A stretch of 64,000 nucleotides of DNA. It comes from Eledone cirrhosa. Its lineage: Eukaryota. Positions within the stretch are counted from its first letter, which is position 1, and each line of letters starts with the position of its first letter. Position numbers and translations under genes: made by a program. Positions 15,001 through 30,000 of this stretch are shown here, one piece after another. The notes under the pieces were generated by a model. That model was not told the DNA's origin. It searched no databases and was given only the letters and a program-made list of their open reading frames with translations. The stretch lies in NCBI GenBank assembly GCA_964016885.1, contig OZ024750.1, positions 30,814,001 to 30,878,000 on the forward strand, read 5' to 3'.

Positions 15001-18000
15001 GATTCAAATATTTGTATTAATAGTTGAACATGACATTAAGTTTGAAGAATTATTATTGATACAATATTTATAAACCACATTAATATAATGCCAGTAATAA
15101 ACGAATGAATTACAATAGGAAAATTATATATGAATGAGACAAATTTACAAATTTTTAAAGAACTCCCTTCAGATAGATATGTCTTTCAATTAAATATATA
15201 GTTTCCATTTATGTGTGATGTAGGAATGAAGCACTTGCCTGATTAATTATACATATGAAATATACCAGCTTTTATGTAATTGTTAGATGTTAACTGGGAT
15301 TGTTTCAAAATGAGTCCTTATAAAAGAACTGTAAATTTTAAAAACAAAACTAGAGATCCAAGTTGCAAATTAATGAAGGTTTATTGGAATTACCAAATAT
15401 ACAGCCATACATATATATTGAAAGATTTATCTACATTGATTCATGAGGAAAGTCATTTAACATAAAACTCACGTTGACTAGTTGTTGGTACACTTGATAC
15501 AACTGCTGAAGTGGCTGGTGCCAGTGTTGTTGTAAGAGGATCTGAAGTTTAGGAAAGAAATCACAATAATCAAAATCTATGTGACTTTACAAATCAGTTG
15601 TAAATAAAGATGAGTTGCATCAGGATTAATAGAAATAAATAAATAGATTGGAATTATCACTTACGTTTACAGATTTTGGCAGACACAGATACGACCATAT
15701 CTTCTGTGATATCATCAGCTTCAATTACAATCGTCACAGTTTCTTGACCATTACCACTTGGAATACCAACTGGTCTATCTGGGGTTGATGTCTGTAGAAT
15801 GGATTTACATTTTTTATTAATGATAAGATTAAAATAAACAGTGATCGTCAAAAAATATAGACAATGTCGAAATTCCATTAATGAATGAAATAGAACACTG
15901 TCTGAATTATATGTCCTTATATTCTGTAAATTCTAGAATATCATTATATGAATTGAAATATTAATATAAAGGAAGATACATATGAAATAAGTAGAAAGAA
16001 ATATGAAACTTGAATGAAAAAATCACCATCAGATTACCTTGATTGTGTATTCTGTTGAAGGATTTGATAACAAAACAGTATATGATTTCACATTTTCATG
16101 GTCAACAAGGCTTATTGTTCCACCGGCATTAAGCGTGGGACCAATTTGTAATGTGACAGTTCTTTTAGATTTAGCATTAGTTTTCCAGCCAACATTTGGT
16201 CTCACATCACTAGGTGATCCGACATTAGGACTTAAGGTGATTGCTGTATCAGGGATGAAAGTTTCATCATCCATTGCTTCTGTTATCTCACAGAACACTG
16301 TTAAATAAAACAATTACATATTATAAAGTGTCAAAATAAAATGATAATAGTACAAATGTTCTATATATGAAGGATAACATATGTAATAATTATTGCATTA
16401 ATACTCACACTCAGTAGTTCTTTGGACAGTTGGAACAGCTGTCGAAGTTACAGGTGCTATTGTTGATGACACAGGTGCTATTGTTGATGACACAGGTGCT
16501 ATTGTTGATGACACTGGTGCTATTGTTGATGACACAGGTGCTATTGTTGATGACACAGGTGCTATTGTTGATGACACAGGTTCTAGAATTTAGAAAGAAT
16601 ATCTACTTAGAGAATTGTTTTAGACAATTAAAGCAGATCTTTGCACCAGAATAATTGTAAAGAAAATAAAATGAAATATCCTAGATTTCATAGTGAATCT
16701 AATCTTTTAAATATTTGAAAATTAGAGCGTTCCACATATCCATAAGTATATATTTGTAAATTAGAGCGTTCCACATATCCATGAATAAATCTATGTATTT
16801 ATATGTTGATTTGTCTAGATGTATAAAAGGTACACAGCTCAATGTCAGTATTATGTTTTTCTTTCCATAAACATTATTGCTACTAAGAAATGTTTTAAGG
16901 GAGATAAGAATAAATGAAGTAAACTAATTGTTTGATTCAATGTGATATTTATTTTGACTGATGGCTGATAAAAGTTCCAGAAAATTTGGAAGGAAATGTA
17001 ATAAAGTAAAATAAAATCAATATGAATTAGATTTTTTACGAAGAATAAGCTGCTGGTAGAAAGCGATATTATGTAGAAACCACAGAAAATAGTGGAGATT
17101 CAAATATTTGTATTAATAGTTGAACATGACATTAAGTTTGAAGAATTATTATTGATACAATATTTATAAACCACATTAATATAATGCCAGTAATAAACGA
17201 ATGAATTACAATAGGAAAATTATATATGAAAGACAAATTTACAAATTTTTAAAGAACTCCCTTCAGATAGATTTGTCTTTCAATTAAATATATAGTTTCC
17301 ATTTATGTGTGATGTAGGAATGAAGCACTTGCCTGATTAATTATACATATGAAATATACCAGCTTTTATGTAATTGTTAGATGTTAACTGGGATTGTTTC
17401 AAAATGAGTCCTTATAAAAGAACTGTAAATTTTAAAAACAAAACTAGAGATCCAAGTTGCAAATTAATGAAGGTTTATTGGAATTACCAAATATACAGCC
17501 ATACATATATATTGAAAGATTTATCTACATTGATTCATGAGGAAAGTCATTTAACATAAAACTCACGTTGACTAGTTGTTGGTACACTTGATACAACTGC
17601 TGAAGTGGCTGGTGCCAGTGTTGTTGTAAGAGGATCTGAAGTTTAGGAAAGAAATCACAATAATCAAAATCTATGTGACTTTACAAATCAGTTGTAAATA
17701 AAGATGAGTTGCATCAGGATTAATAGAAATAAATAAATAGTTTGGAATTATCACTTACGTTTACAGATTTTGGCAGACACAGATACGACCATATCTTCTG
17801 TGATATCATCAGCTTCAATTACAATTGTCACAGTTTCTTGACCATTACCACTTGGAATACCAACTGGTCTATCTGGAGTTGATGTCTGTAGAATGGATTT
17901 ACATTTTTTACTAATGATAAGATTAAAATAAACAGTGATCGTCAAAAAATATAGACAATGTCGAAATTCCATTAATGAATGAAATAGAACACTGTCTGAA

Positions 18001-21000
18001 TTATATGTCCTTATATTCTGTAAATTCTAGAATATCATTATATGAATTGAAATATTAATATAAAGGAAGATACATATGAAATAAGTAGAAAGAAATATGA
18101 AACTTGAATGAAAAAATCACCATCAGATTACCTTGATTGTGTATTCTGTTGAAGGATTTGATAACAAAACAGTATATGATTTCACATTTTCATGGTCAAC
18201 AAGGCTTATTGTTCCACCGGCATTAAGCGTGGGACCAATTTGTAATGTGACAGTTCTTTTAGATTTAGCATTAGTTTTCCAGCCAACATTTGGTCTCACA
18301 TCACTAGGTGATCCGACATTAGGACTTAAGGTGATTGCTGTATCAGGGATGAAAGTTTCATCATCCATTGCTTCTGTTATCTCACAGAACACTGTTAAAT
18401 AAAACAATTACATATTATAAAGTGTCAAAATAAAATGATAATAGTACAAATGTTCTATATATGAAGGATAACATATGTAATAATTATTGCATTAATACTC
18501 ACACTCAGTAGTTCTTTGGACAGTTGGAACAGCTGTCGAAGTTACAGGTGCTATTGTTGATGACACAGGTGCTATTGTTGATGACACAGGTGCTATTGTT
18601 GATGACACTGGTGCTATTGTTGATGACACAGGTGCTATTGTTGATGACACAGGTGCTATTGTTGATGACACAGGTTCTAGAATTTAGAAAGAATATCTAC
18701 TTAGAGAATTGTTTTAGACAATTAAAGCAGATCTTTGCACCAGAATAATTGTAAAGAAAATAAAATGAAATATCCTAGATTTCATAGTGAATCTAATCTT
18801 TTAAATATTTGAAAATTAGAGCGTTCCACATATCCATAAGTATATATTTGTAAATTAGAGCGTTCCACATATCCATGAATAAATCTATGTATTTATATGT
18901 TGATTTGTCTAGATGTATAAAAGGTACACAGCTCAATGTCAGTATTATGTTTTTCTTTCCATAAACATTATTGCTACTAAGAAATGTTTTAAGGGAGATA
19001 AGAATAAATGAAGTAAACTAATTGTTTGATTCAATGTGATATTTATTTTGACTGATGGCTGATAAAAGTTCCAGAAAATTTGGAAGGAAATGTAATAAAG
19101 TAAAATAAAATCAATATGAATTAGATTTTTTACGAAGAATAAGCTGCTGGTAGAAAGCGATATTATGTAGAAACCACAGAAAATAGTGGAGATTCAAATA
19201 TTTGTATTAATAGTTGAACATGACATTAAGTTTGAAGAATTATTATTGATACAATATTTATAAACCACATTAATATAATGCCAGTAATAAACGAATGAAT
19301 TACAATAGGAAAATTATATATGAAAGACAAATTTACAAATTTTTAAAGAACTCCCTTCAGATAGATTTGTCTTTCAATTAAATATATAGTTTCCATTTAT
19401 GTGTGATGTAGGAATGAAGCACTTGCCTGATTAATTATACATATGAAATATACCAGCTTTTATGTAATTGTTAGATGTTAACTGGGATTGTTTCAAAATG
19501 AGTCCTTATAAAAGAACTGTAAATTTTAAAAACAAAACTAGAGATCCAAGTTGCAAATTAATGAAGGTTTATTGGAATTACCAAATATACAGCCATACAT
19601 ATATATTGAAAGATTTATCTACATTGATTCATGAGGAAAGTCATTTAACATAAAACTCACGTTGACTAGTTGTTGGTACACTTGATACAACTGCTGAAGT
19701 GGCTGGTGCCAGTGTTGTTGTAAGAGGATCTGAAGTTTAGGAAAGAAATCACAATAATCAAAATCTATGTGACTTTACAAATCAGTTGTAAATAAAGATG
19801 AGTTGCATCAGGATTAATAGAAATAAATAAATAGTTTGGAATTATCACTTACGTTTACAGATTTTGGCAGACACAGATACGACCATATCTTCTGTGATAT
19901 CATCAGCTTCAATTACAATTGTCACAGTTTCTTGACCATTACCACTTGGAATACCAACTGGTCTATCTGGAGTTGATGTCTGTAGAATGGATTTACATTT
20001 TTTACTAATGATAAGATTAAAATAAACAGTGATCGTCAAAAAATATAGACAATGTCGAAATTCCATTAATGAATGAAATAGAACACTGTCTGAATTATAT
20101 GTCCTTATATTCTGTAAATTCTAGAATATCATTATATGAATTGAAATATTAATATAAAGGAAGATACATATGAAATAAGTAGAAAGAAATATGAAACTTG
20201 AATGAAAAAATCACCATCAGATTACCTTGATTGTGTATTCTGTTGAAGGATTTGATAACAAAACAGTATATGATTTCACATTTTCATGGTCAACAAGGCT
20301 TATTGTTCCACCGGCATTAAGCGTGGGACCAATTTGTAATGTGACAGTTCTTTTAGATTTAGCATTAGTTTTCCAGCCAACATTTGGTCTCACATCACTA
20401 GGTGATCCGACATTAGGACTTAAGGTGATTGCTGTATCAGGGATGAAAGTTTCATCATCCATTGCTTCTGTTATCTCACAGAACACTGTTAAATAAAACA
20501 ATTACATATTATAAAGTGTCAAAATAAAATGATAATAGTACAAATGTTCTATATATGAAGGATAACATATGTAATAATTATTGCATTAATACTCACACTC
20601 AGTAGTTCTTTGGACAGTTGGAACAGCTGTCGAAGTTACAGGTGCTTTTGTTGATGACACAGGTGCTATTGTTGATGACACAGGTTCTAGAATTTAGAAA
20701 GAATATCTACTTAGTGAATTGTTTTAGACAATTAAAGCAGATCTTTGCACCAGAATAATTGTAAAGAAAATAAAATGAAATATCCTAGATTTCATAGTGA
20801 ATCTAATCTTTTAAATATTTGAAAATTAGAGCGTTCCACATATCCATAAGTATGTATTTGTAAATTAGAGCGTTCCACATATCCATGAATAAATCTATGT
20901 ATTTATATGTTGATTTGTCTAGATGTATAAAAGGTACACAGCTCAATGTCAGTATTATGTTTTTCTTTACATAAACATTATTGCTACTAAGAAATGTTTT

Positions 21001-24000
21001 AAGGGAGATAAGAATAAATGAAGTAAACTAATTGTTTGATTCAATGTGATATTTATTTTGACTGATGGCTGATAAAAGTTCCAGAAAATTTGGAAGGAAA
21101 TGTAATAAAGTAAAATCAAATCAATATGAATTAGATTTTTTACGAAGAATAAGCTGCTGGTAGAAAGCGATATCATGTAGAAACCACAGAAAATAGTGGA
21201 GATTCAAATATTTGTATTAATAGTTGAACATGACATTAAGTTTGAAGAATTATTATTGATACAATATTTATAAACCACATTAATATAATGCCAGTAATAA
21301 ACGTATGAATTACAATAGGAAAATTATATATGAATGAGACAAATTTACAAATTTTTAAAGAACTCCCTTCAGATAGATATGTCTTTCAATTAAATATATA
21401 GTTTCCATTTATGTGTGATGTAGGAATGAAGCACTTGCCTGATTAATTATACATATGAAATATACCAGCTTTTATGTAATTGTTAGATGTTAACTGGGAT
21501 TGTTTCAAAATGAGTCCTTATAAAAAAACTGTAAATTTTAAAAACAAAACTAGAGATCCAATTTGCAAATTAATGAAGGTTTATTGGAATTACCAAATAT
21601 ACAGCCATACATATATATTGAAAGATTTATCTACATTGATTCATGAGGAAAGTCATTTAACATAAAACTCACGTTGACTAGTTGTTGGTACACTTGATAC
21701 AACTGCTGAAGTGGCTGGTGCCAGTGTTGTTGTAAGAGGATCTGAAGTTTAGGAAAGAAATCACAACAATCAAAATCTATGTGACTTTACAAATCAGTTG
21801 TAAATAAAGATGAGTTGCATCAGGATTAATAGAAATAAATAAATAGATTGGAATTATCACTTACGTTTACAGATTTTGGCAGACACAGATACGACCATAT
21901 CTTCTGTGATATCATCAGCTTCAATTACAATCGTCACAGTTTCTTGACCATTACCACTTGGAATACCAACTGGTCTATCTGGGGTTGATGTCTGTAGAAT
22001 GGATTTACATTTTTTATTAATGATAAGATTAAAATAAACAGTGATCGTCAAAAAATATAGACACTGTCGAAATTCCATTAATGAATGAAATAGAACACTG
22101 TCCGAATTATATGTCCTTATATTCTGTAAATTCTAGAATATCATTATATGAATTGAAATATTAATATAAAGGAAGATACATATGAAATAAGTAGAAAGAA
22201 ATATGAAACTTGAATGAAAAAATCACCATCAGATTACCTTGATTGTGTATTCTGTTGAAGGATTTGATAACAAAACAGTATATGATTTCACATTTTCATG
22301 GTCAACAAGGCTTATTGTTCCACCGGCATTAAGCGTGGGACCAATTTGTAATGTGACAGTTCTTTTAGATTTAGCATTAGTTTTCCAGCCAACATTTGGT
22401 CTCACATCACTAGGTGATCCGACATTAGGACTTAAGGTGATTGCTGTATCAGGGATGAAAGTTTCATCATCCATTGCTTCTGTTATCTCACAGAACACTG
22501 TTAAATAAAACAATTACATATTATAAAGTGTCAAAATAAAATGATAATAGTACAAATGTTCTATATATGAAGGATAACATATGTAATAATTATTGCATTA
22601 ATACTCACACTCAGTAGTTCTTTGGACAGTTGGAACAGCTGTCGAAGTTACAGGTGCTATTGTTGATGACACAGGTGCTATTGTTGATGACACAGGTTCT
22701 AGAATTTAGAAAGAATATCTACTTAGTGAATTGTTTTAGACAATTAAAGCAGATCTTTGCACCAGAATAATTGTAAAGAAAATAAAATGAAATATCCTAG
22801 ATTTCATAGTGAATCTAATCTTTTAAATATTTGAAAATTAGAGCGTTCCACATATCCATAAGTATGTATTTGTAAATTAGAGCGTTCCACATATCCATGA
22901 ATAAATCTATGTATTTATATGTTGATTTGTCTAGATGTATAAAAGGTACACAGCTCAATGTCAGTATTATGTTTTTCTTTCCATAAACATTATTGCTACT
23001 AAGAAATGTTTTAAGGGAGATAAGAATAAATGAAGTAAACTAATTGTTTGATTCAATGTGATATTTATTTTGACTGATGGCTGATAAAAGTTCCAGAAAA
23101 TTTGGAAGGAAATGTAATAAAGTAAAATAAAATCAATATGAATTAGATTTTTTACGAAGAATAAGCTGCTGGTAGAAAGCGATATTATGTAGAAACCACA
23201 GAAAATAGTGGAGATTCAAATATTTGTATTAATAGTTGAACATGACATTAAGTTTGAAGAATTATTATTGATACAATATTTATAAACCACATTAATATAA
23301 TGCCAGTAATAAACGAATGAATTACAATAGGAAAATTATATATGAATGAGACAAATTTACAAATTTTTAAAGAACTCCCTTCAGATAGATATGTCTTTCA
23401 ATTAAATATATAGTTTCCATTTATGTGTGATGTAGGAATGAAGCACTTGCCTGATTAATTATACATATGAAATATACCAGCTTTTATGTAATTGTTAGAT
23501 GTTAACTGGGATTGTTTCAAAATGAGTCCTTATAAAAGAACTGTAAATTTTAAAAACAAAACTAGAGATCCAAGTTGCAAATTAATGAAGGTTTATTGGA
23601 ATTACCAAATATACAGCCATACATATATATTGAAAGATTTATCTACATTGATTCATGAGGAAAGTCATTTAACATAAAACTCACGTTGACTAGTTGTTGG
23701 TACACTTGATACAACTGCTGAAGTGGCTGGTGCCAGTGTTGTTGTAAGAGGATCTGAAGTTTAGGAAAGAAATCACAATAATCAAAATCTATGTGACTTT
23801 ACAAATCAGTTGTAAATAAAGATGAGTTGCATCAGGATTAATAGAAATAAATAAATAGATTGGAATTATCACTTACGTTTACAGATTTTGGCAGACACAG
23901 ATACGACCATATCTTCTGTGATATCATCAGCTTCAATTACAATCGTCACAGTTTCTTGACCATTACCACTTGGAATACCAACTGGTCTATCTGGGGTTGA

Positions 24001-27000
24001 TGTCTGTAGAATGGATTTACATTTTTTATTAATGATAAGATTAAAATAAACAGTGATCGTCAAAAAATATAGACAATGTCGAAATTCCATTAATGAATGA
24101 AATAGAACACTGTCTGAATTATATGTCCTTATATTCTGTAAATTCTAGAATATCATTATATGAATTGAAATATTAATATAAAGGAAGATACATATGAAAT
24201 AAGTAGAAAGAAATATGAAACTTGAATGAAAAAATCACCATCAGATTACCTTGATTGTGTATTCTGTTGAAGGATTTGATAACAAAACAGTATATGATTT
24301 CACATTTTCATGGTCAACAAGGCTTATTGTTCCACCGGCATTAAGCGTGGGACCAATTTGTAATGTGACAGTTCTTTTAGATTTAGCATTAGTTTTCCAG
24401 CCAACATTTGGTCTCACATCACTAGGTGATCCGACATTAGGACTTAAGGTGATTGCTGTATCAGGGATGAAAGTTTCATCATCCATTGCTTCTGTTATCT
24501 CACAGAACACTGTTAAATAAAACAATTACATATTATAAAGTGTCAAAATAAAATGATAATAGTACAAATGTTCTATATATGAAGGATAACATATGTAATA
24601 ATTATTGCATTAATACTCACACTCAGTAGTTCTTTGGACAGTTGGAACAGCTGTCGAAGTTACAGGTGCTATTGTTGATGACACAGGTGCTATTGTTGAT
24701 GACACAGGTGCTATTGTTGATGACACTGGTGCTATTGTTGATGACACAGGTGCTATTGTTGATGACACAGGTGCTATTGTTGATGACACAGGTTCTAGAA
24801 TTTAGAAAGAATATCTACTTAGAGAATTGTTTTAGACAATTAAAGCAGATCTTTGCACCAGAATAATTGTAAAGAAAATAAAATGAAATATCCTAGATTT
24901 CATAGTGAATCTAATCTTTTAAATATTTGAAAATTAGAGCGTTCCACATATCCATAAGTATATATTTGTAAATTAGAGCGTTCCACATATCCATGAATAA
25001 ATCTATGTATTTATATGTTGATTTGTCTAGATGTATAAAAGGTACACAGCTCAATGTCAGTATTATGTTTTTCTTTCCATAAACATTATTGCTACTAAGA
25101 AATGTTTTAAGGGAGATAAGAATAAATGAAGTAAACTAATTGTTTGATTCAATGTGATATTTATTTTGACTGATGGCTGATAAAAGTTCCAGAAAATTTG
25201 GAAGGAAATGTAATAAAGTAAAATAAAATCAATATGAATTAGATTTTTTACGAAGAATAAGCTGCTGGTAGAAAGCGATATTATGTAGAAACCACAGAAA
25301 ATAGTGGAGATTCAAATATTTGTATTAATAGTTGAACATGACATTAAGTTTGAAGAATTATTATTGATACAATATTTATAAACCACATTAATATAATGCC
25401 AGTAATAAACGAATGAATTACAATAGGAAAATTATATATGAAAGACAAATTTACAAATTTTTAAAGAACTCCCTTCAGATAGATTTGTCTTTCAATTAAA
25501 TATATAGTTTCCATTTATGTGTGATGTAGGAATGAAGCACTTGCCTGATTAATTATACATATGAAATATACCAGCTTTTATGTAATTGTTAGATGTTAAC
25601 TGGGATTGTTTCAAAATGAGTCCTTATAAAAGAACTGTAAATTTTAAAAACAAAACTAGAGATCCAAGTTGCAAATTAATGAAGGTTTATTGGAATTACC
25701 AAATATACAGCCATACATATATATTGAAAGATTTATCTACATTGATTCATGAGGAAAGTCATTTAACATAAAACTCACGTTGACTAGTTGTTGGTACACT
25801 TGATACAACTGCTGAAGTGGCTGGTGCCAGTGTTGTTGTAAGAGGATCTGAAGTTTAGGAAAGAAATCACAATAATCAAAATCTATGTGACTTTACAAAT
25901 CAGTTGTAAATAAAGATGAGTTGCATCAGGATTAATAGAAATAAATAAATAGTTTGGAATTATCACTTACGTTTACAGATTTTGGCAGACACAGATACGA
26001 CCATATCTTCTGTGATATCATCAGCTTCAATTACAATTGTCACAGTTTCTTGACCATTACCACTTGGAATACCAACTGGTCTATCTGGAGTTGATGTCTG
26101 TAGAATGGATTTACATTTTTTACTAATGATAAGATTAAAATAAACAGTGATCGTCAAAAAATATAGACAATGTCGAAATTCCATTAATGAATGAAATAGA
26201 ACACTGTCTGAATTATATGTCCTTATATTCTGTAAATTCTAGAATATCATTATATGAATTGAAATATTAATATAAAGGAAGATACATATGAAATAAGTAG
26301 AAAGAAATATGAAACTTGAATGAAAAAATCACCATCAGATTACCTTGATTGTGTATTCTGTTGAAGGATTTGATAACAAAACAGTATATGATTTCACATT
26401 TTCATGGTCAACAAGGCTTATTGTTCCACCGGCATTAAGCGTGGGACCAATTTGTAATGTGACAGTTCTTTTAGATTTAGCATTAGTTTTCCAGCCAACA
26501 TTTGGTCTCACATCACTAGGTGATCCGACATTAGGACTTAAGGTGATTGCTGTATCAGGGATGAAAGTTTCATCATCCATTGCTTCTGTTATCTCACAGA
26601 ACACTGTTAAATAAAACAATTACATATTATAAAGTGTCAAAATAAAATGATAATAGTACAAATGTTCTATATATGAAGGATAACATATGTAATAATTATT
26701 GCATTAATACTCACACTCAGTAGTTCTTTGGACAGTTGGAACAGCTGTCGAAGTTACAGGTGCTATTGTTGATGACACAGGTGCTATTGTTGATGACACA
26801 GGTTCTAGAATTTAGAAAGAATATCTACTTAGTGAATTGTTTTAGACAATTAAAGCAGATCTTTGCACCAGAATAATTGTAAAGAAAATAAAATGAAATA
26901 TCCTAGATTTCATAGTGAATCTAATCTTTTAAATATTTGAAAATTAGAGCGTTCCACATATCCATAAGTATGTATTTGTAAATTAGAGCGTTCCACATAT

Positions 27001-30000
27001 CCATGAATAAATCTATGTATTTATATGTTGATTTGTCTAGATGTATAAAAGGTACACAGCTCAATGTCAGTATTATGTTTTTCTTTACATAAACATTATT
27101 GCTACTAAGAAATGTTTTAAGGGAGATAAGAATAAATGAAGTAAACTAATTGTTTGATTCAATGTGATATTTATTTTGACTGATGGCTGATAAAAGTTCC
27201 AGAAAATTTGGAAGGAAATGTAATAAAGTAAAATCAAATCAATATGAATTAGATTTTTTACGAATAATAAGCTGCTGGTAGAAAACGATATCATGTAGAA
27301 ACCACAGAAAATAGTGGAGATTCAAATATTTGTATTAATAGTTGAACATGACATTAAGTTTGAAGAATTATTATTGATACAATATTTATAAACCACATTA
27401 ATATAATGCCAGTAATAAACGAATGAATTACAATAGGAAAATTATATATGAATGAGACAAATTTACAAATTTTTAAAGAACTCCCTTCAGATAGATATGT
27501 CTTTCAATTAAATATATAGTTTCCATTTATGTGTGATGTAGGAATGAAGCACTTGCCTGATTAATTATACATATGAAATATACCAGCTTTTATGTAATTG
27601 TTAGATGTTAACTGGGATGGTTTCAAAATGAGTCCTTATAAAAGAACTGTAAATTTTAAAAACAAAACTAGAGATCCAAGTTGCAAATTAATGAAGGTTT
27701 ATTGGAATTACCAAATATACAGCCATACATATATATTGAAAGATTTATCTACATTGATTCATGAGGAAAGTCATTTAACATAAAACTCACGTTGACTAGT
27801 TGTTGGTACACTTGATACAACTGCTGAAGTGGCTGGTGCCAGTGTTGTTGTAAGAGGATCTGAAGTTTAGGAAAGAAATCACAATAATCAAAATCTATGT
27901 GACTTTACAAATCAGTTGTAAATAAAGATGAGTTGCATCAGGATTAATAGAAATAAATAAATAGATTGGAATTATCACTTACGTTTACAGATTTTGGCAG
28001 ACACAGATACGACCATATCTTCTGTGATATCATCAGCTTCAATTACAACCGTCACAGTTTCTTGACCATTACCACTTGGAATACCAACTGGTCTATCTGG
28101 GGTTGATGTCTGTAGAATGGATTTATATTTTTTATTAATGATAAGATTAAAATAAACAGTGATCGTCAAAAAATATAGACAATGTCGAAATTCCATTAAT
28201 GAATGAAATAGAACACTGTCTGAATTATATGTCCTTACATTCTGTAAATTCTAGAATATCATTATATGAATTGAAATATTAATATAAAGGAAGATACATA
28301 TGAAATAAGTAGAAAGAAATATGAAACTTGAATGAAAAAAATCACCATCAGATTACCTTGATTGTGTATTCTGTTGAAGGATTTGATAACAAAACAGTAT
28401 ATGATTTCACATTTTCATGGTCAACAAGGCTTATTGTTCCACCGGCATTAAGCGTGGGACCAATTTGTAATGTGACAGTTCTTTTAGATTTAGTATTAGT
28501 TTTCCAGCCAACATTTGGTCTCACATCACTAGGTGATCCGACATTAGGACTTAAGGTGATTGCTGTATCAGGGATGAAAGTTTCATCATCCATTGCTTCT
28601 GTTATCTCACAGAACACTGTTAAATAAAACAATTACATATTATAAAGTGTCAAAATAAAATGATAATAGTACAAATGTTCTATATATGAAGGATAACATA
28701 TGTAATAATTATTGCATTAATACTCACACTCAGTAGTTCTTTGGACAGTTGGAACAGCTGTCGAAGTTACAGGTGCTATTGTTGATGACACAGGTGCTAT
28801 TGTTGATGACACAGGTTCTAGAATTTAGAAAGAATATCTACTTAGTGAATTGTTTTAGACAATTAAAGCAGATCTTTGCACCAGAATAATTGTAAAGAAA
28901 ATAAAATGAAATATCCTAGATTTCATAGTGAATCTAATCTTTTAAATATTTGAAAATTAGAGCGTTCCACATATCCATAAGTATGTATTTGTAAATTAGA
29001 GCGTTCCACATATCCATGAATAAATCTATGTATTTATATGTTGATTTGTCTAGATGTATAAAAGGTACACAGCTCAATGTCAGTATTATGTTTTTCTTTA
29101 CATAAACATTATTGCTACTAAGAAATGTTTTAAGGGAGATAAGAATAAATGAAGTAAACTAATTGTTTGATTCAATGTGATATTTATTTTGACTGATGGC
29201 TGATAAAAGTTCCAGAAAATTTGGAAGGAAATGTAATAAAGTAAAATCAAATCAATATGAATTAGATTTTTTACGAATAATAAGCTGCTGGTAGAAAGCG
29301 ATATCATGTAGAAACCACAGAAAATAGTGGAGATTCAAATATTTGTATTAATAGTTGAACATGACATTAAGTTTGAAGAATTATTATTGATACAATATTT
29401 ATTAACCACATTAATATAATGCCAGTAATAAACGAATGAATTACAATAGGAAAATTATATATGAATGAGACAAATTTACAAATTTTTAAAGAACTCCCTT
29501 CAGATAGATATGTCTTTCAATTAAATATATAGTTTCCATTTATGTGTGATGTAGGAATGAAGCACTTGCCTGATTAATTATACATATGAAATATACCAGC
29601 TTTTATGTAATTGTTAGATGTTAACTGGGATTGTTTCAAAATGAGTCCTTATAAAAGAACTGTAAATTTTAAAAACAAAACTAGAGATCCAAGTTGCAAA
29701 TTAATGAAGGTTTATTGGAATTACCAAATATACAGCCATACATATATATTGAAAGATTTATCTACATTGATTCATGAGGAAAGTCATTTAACATAAAACT
29801 CACGTTGACTAGTTGTTGGTACACTTGATACAACTGCTGAAGTGGCTGGTGCCAGTGTTGTTGTAAGAGGATCTGAAGTTTAGGAAAGAAATCACAATAA
29901 TCAAAATCTATGTGACTTTACAAATCAGTTGTAAATAAAGATGAGTTGCATCAGGATTAATAGAAATAAATAAATAGATTGGAATTATCACTTACGTTTA

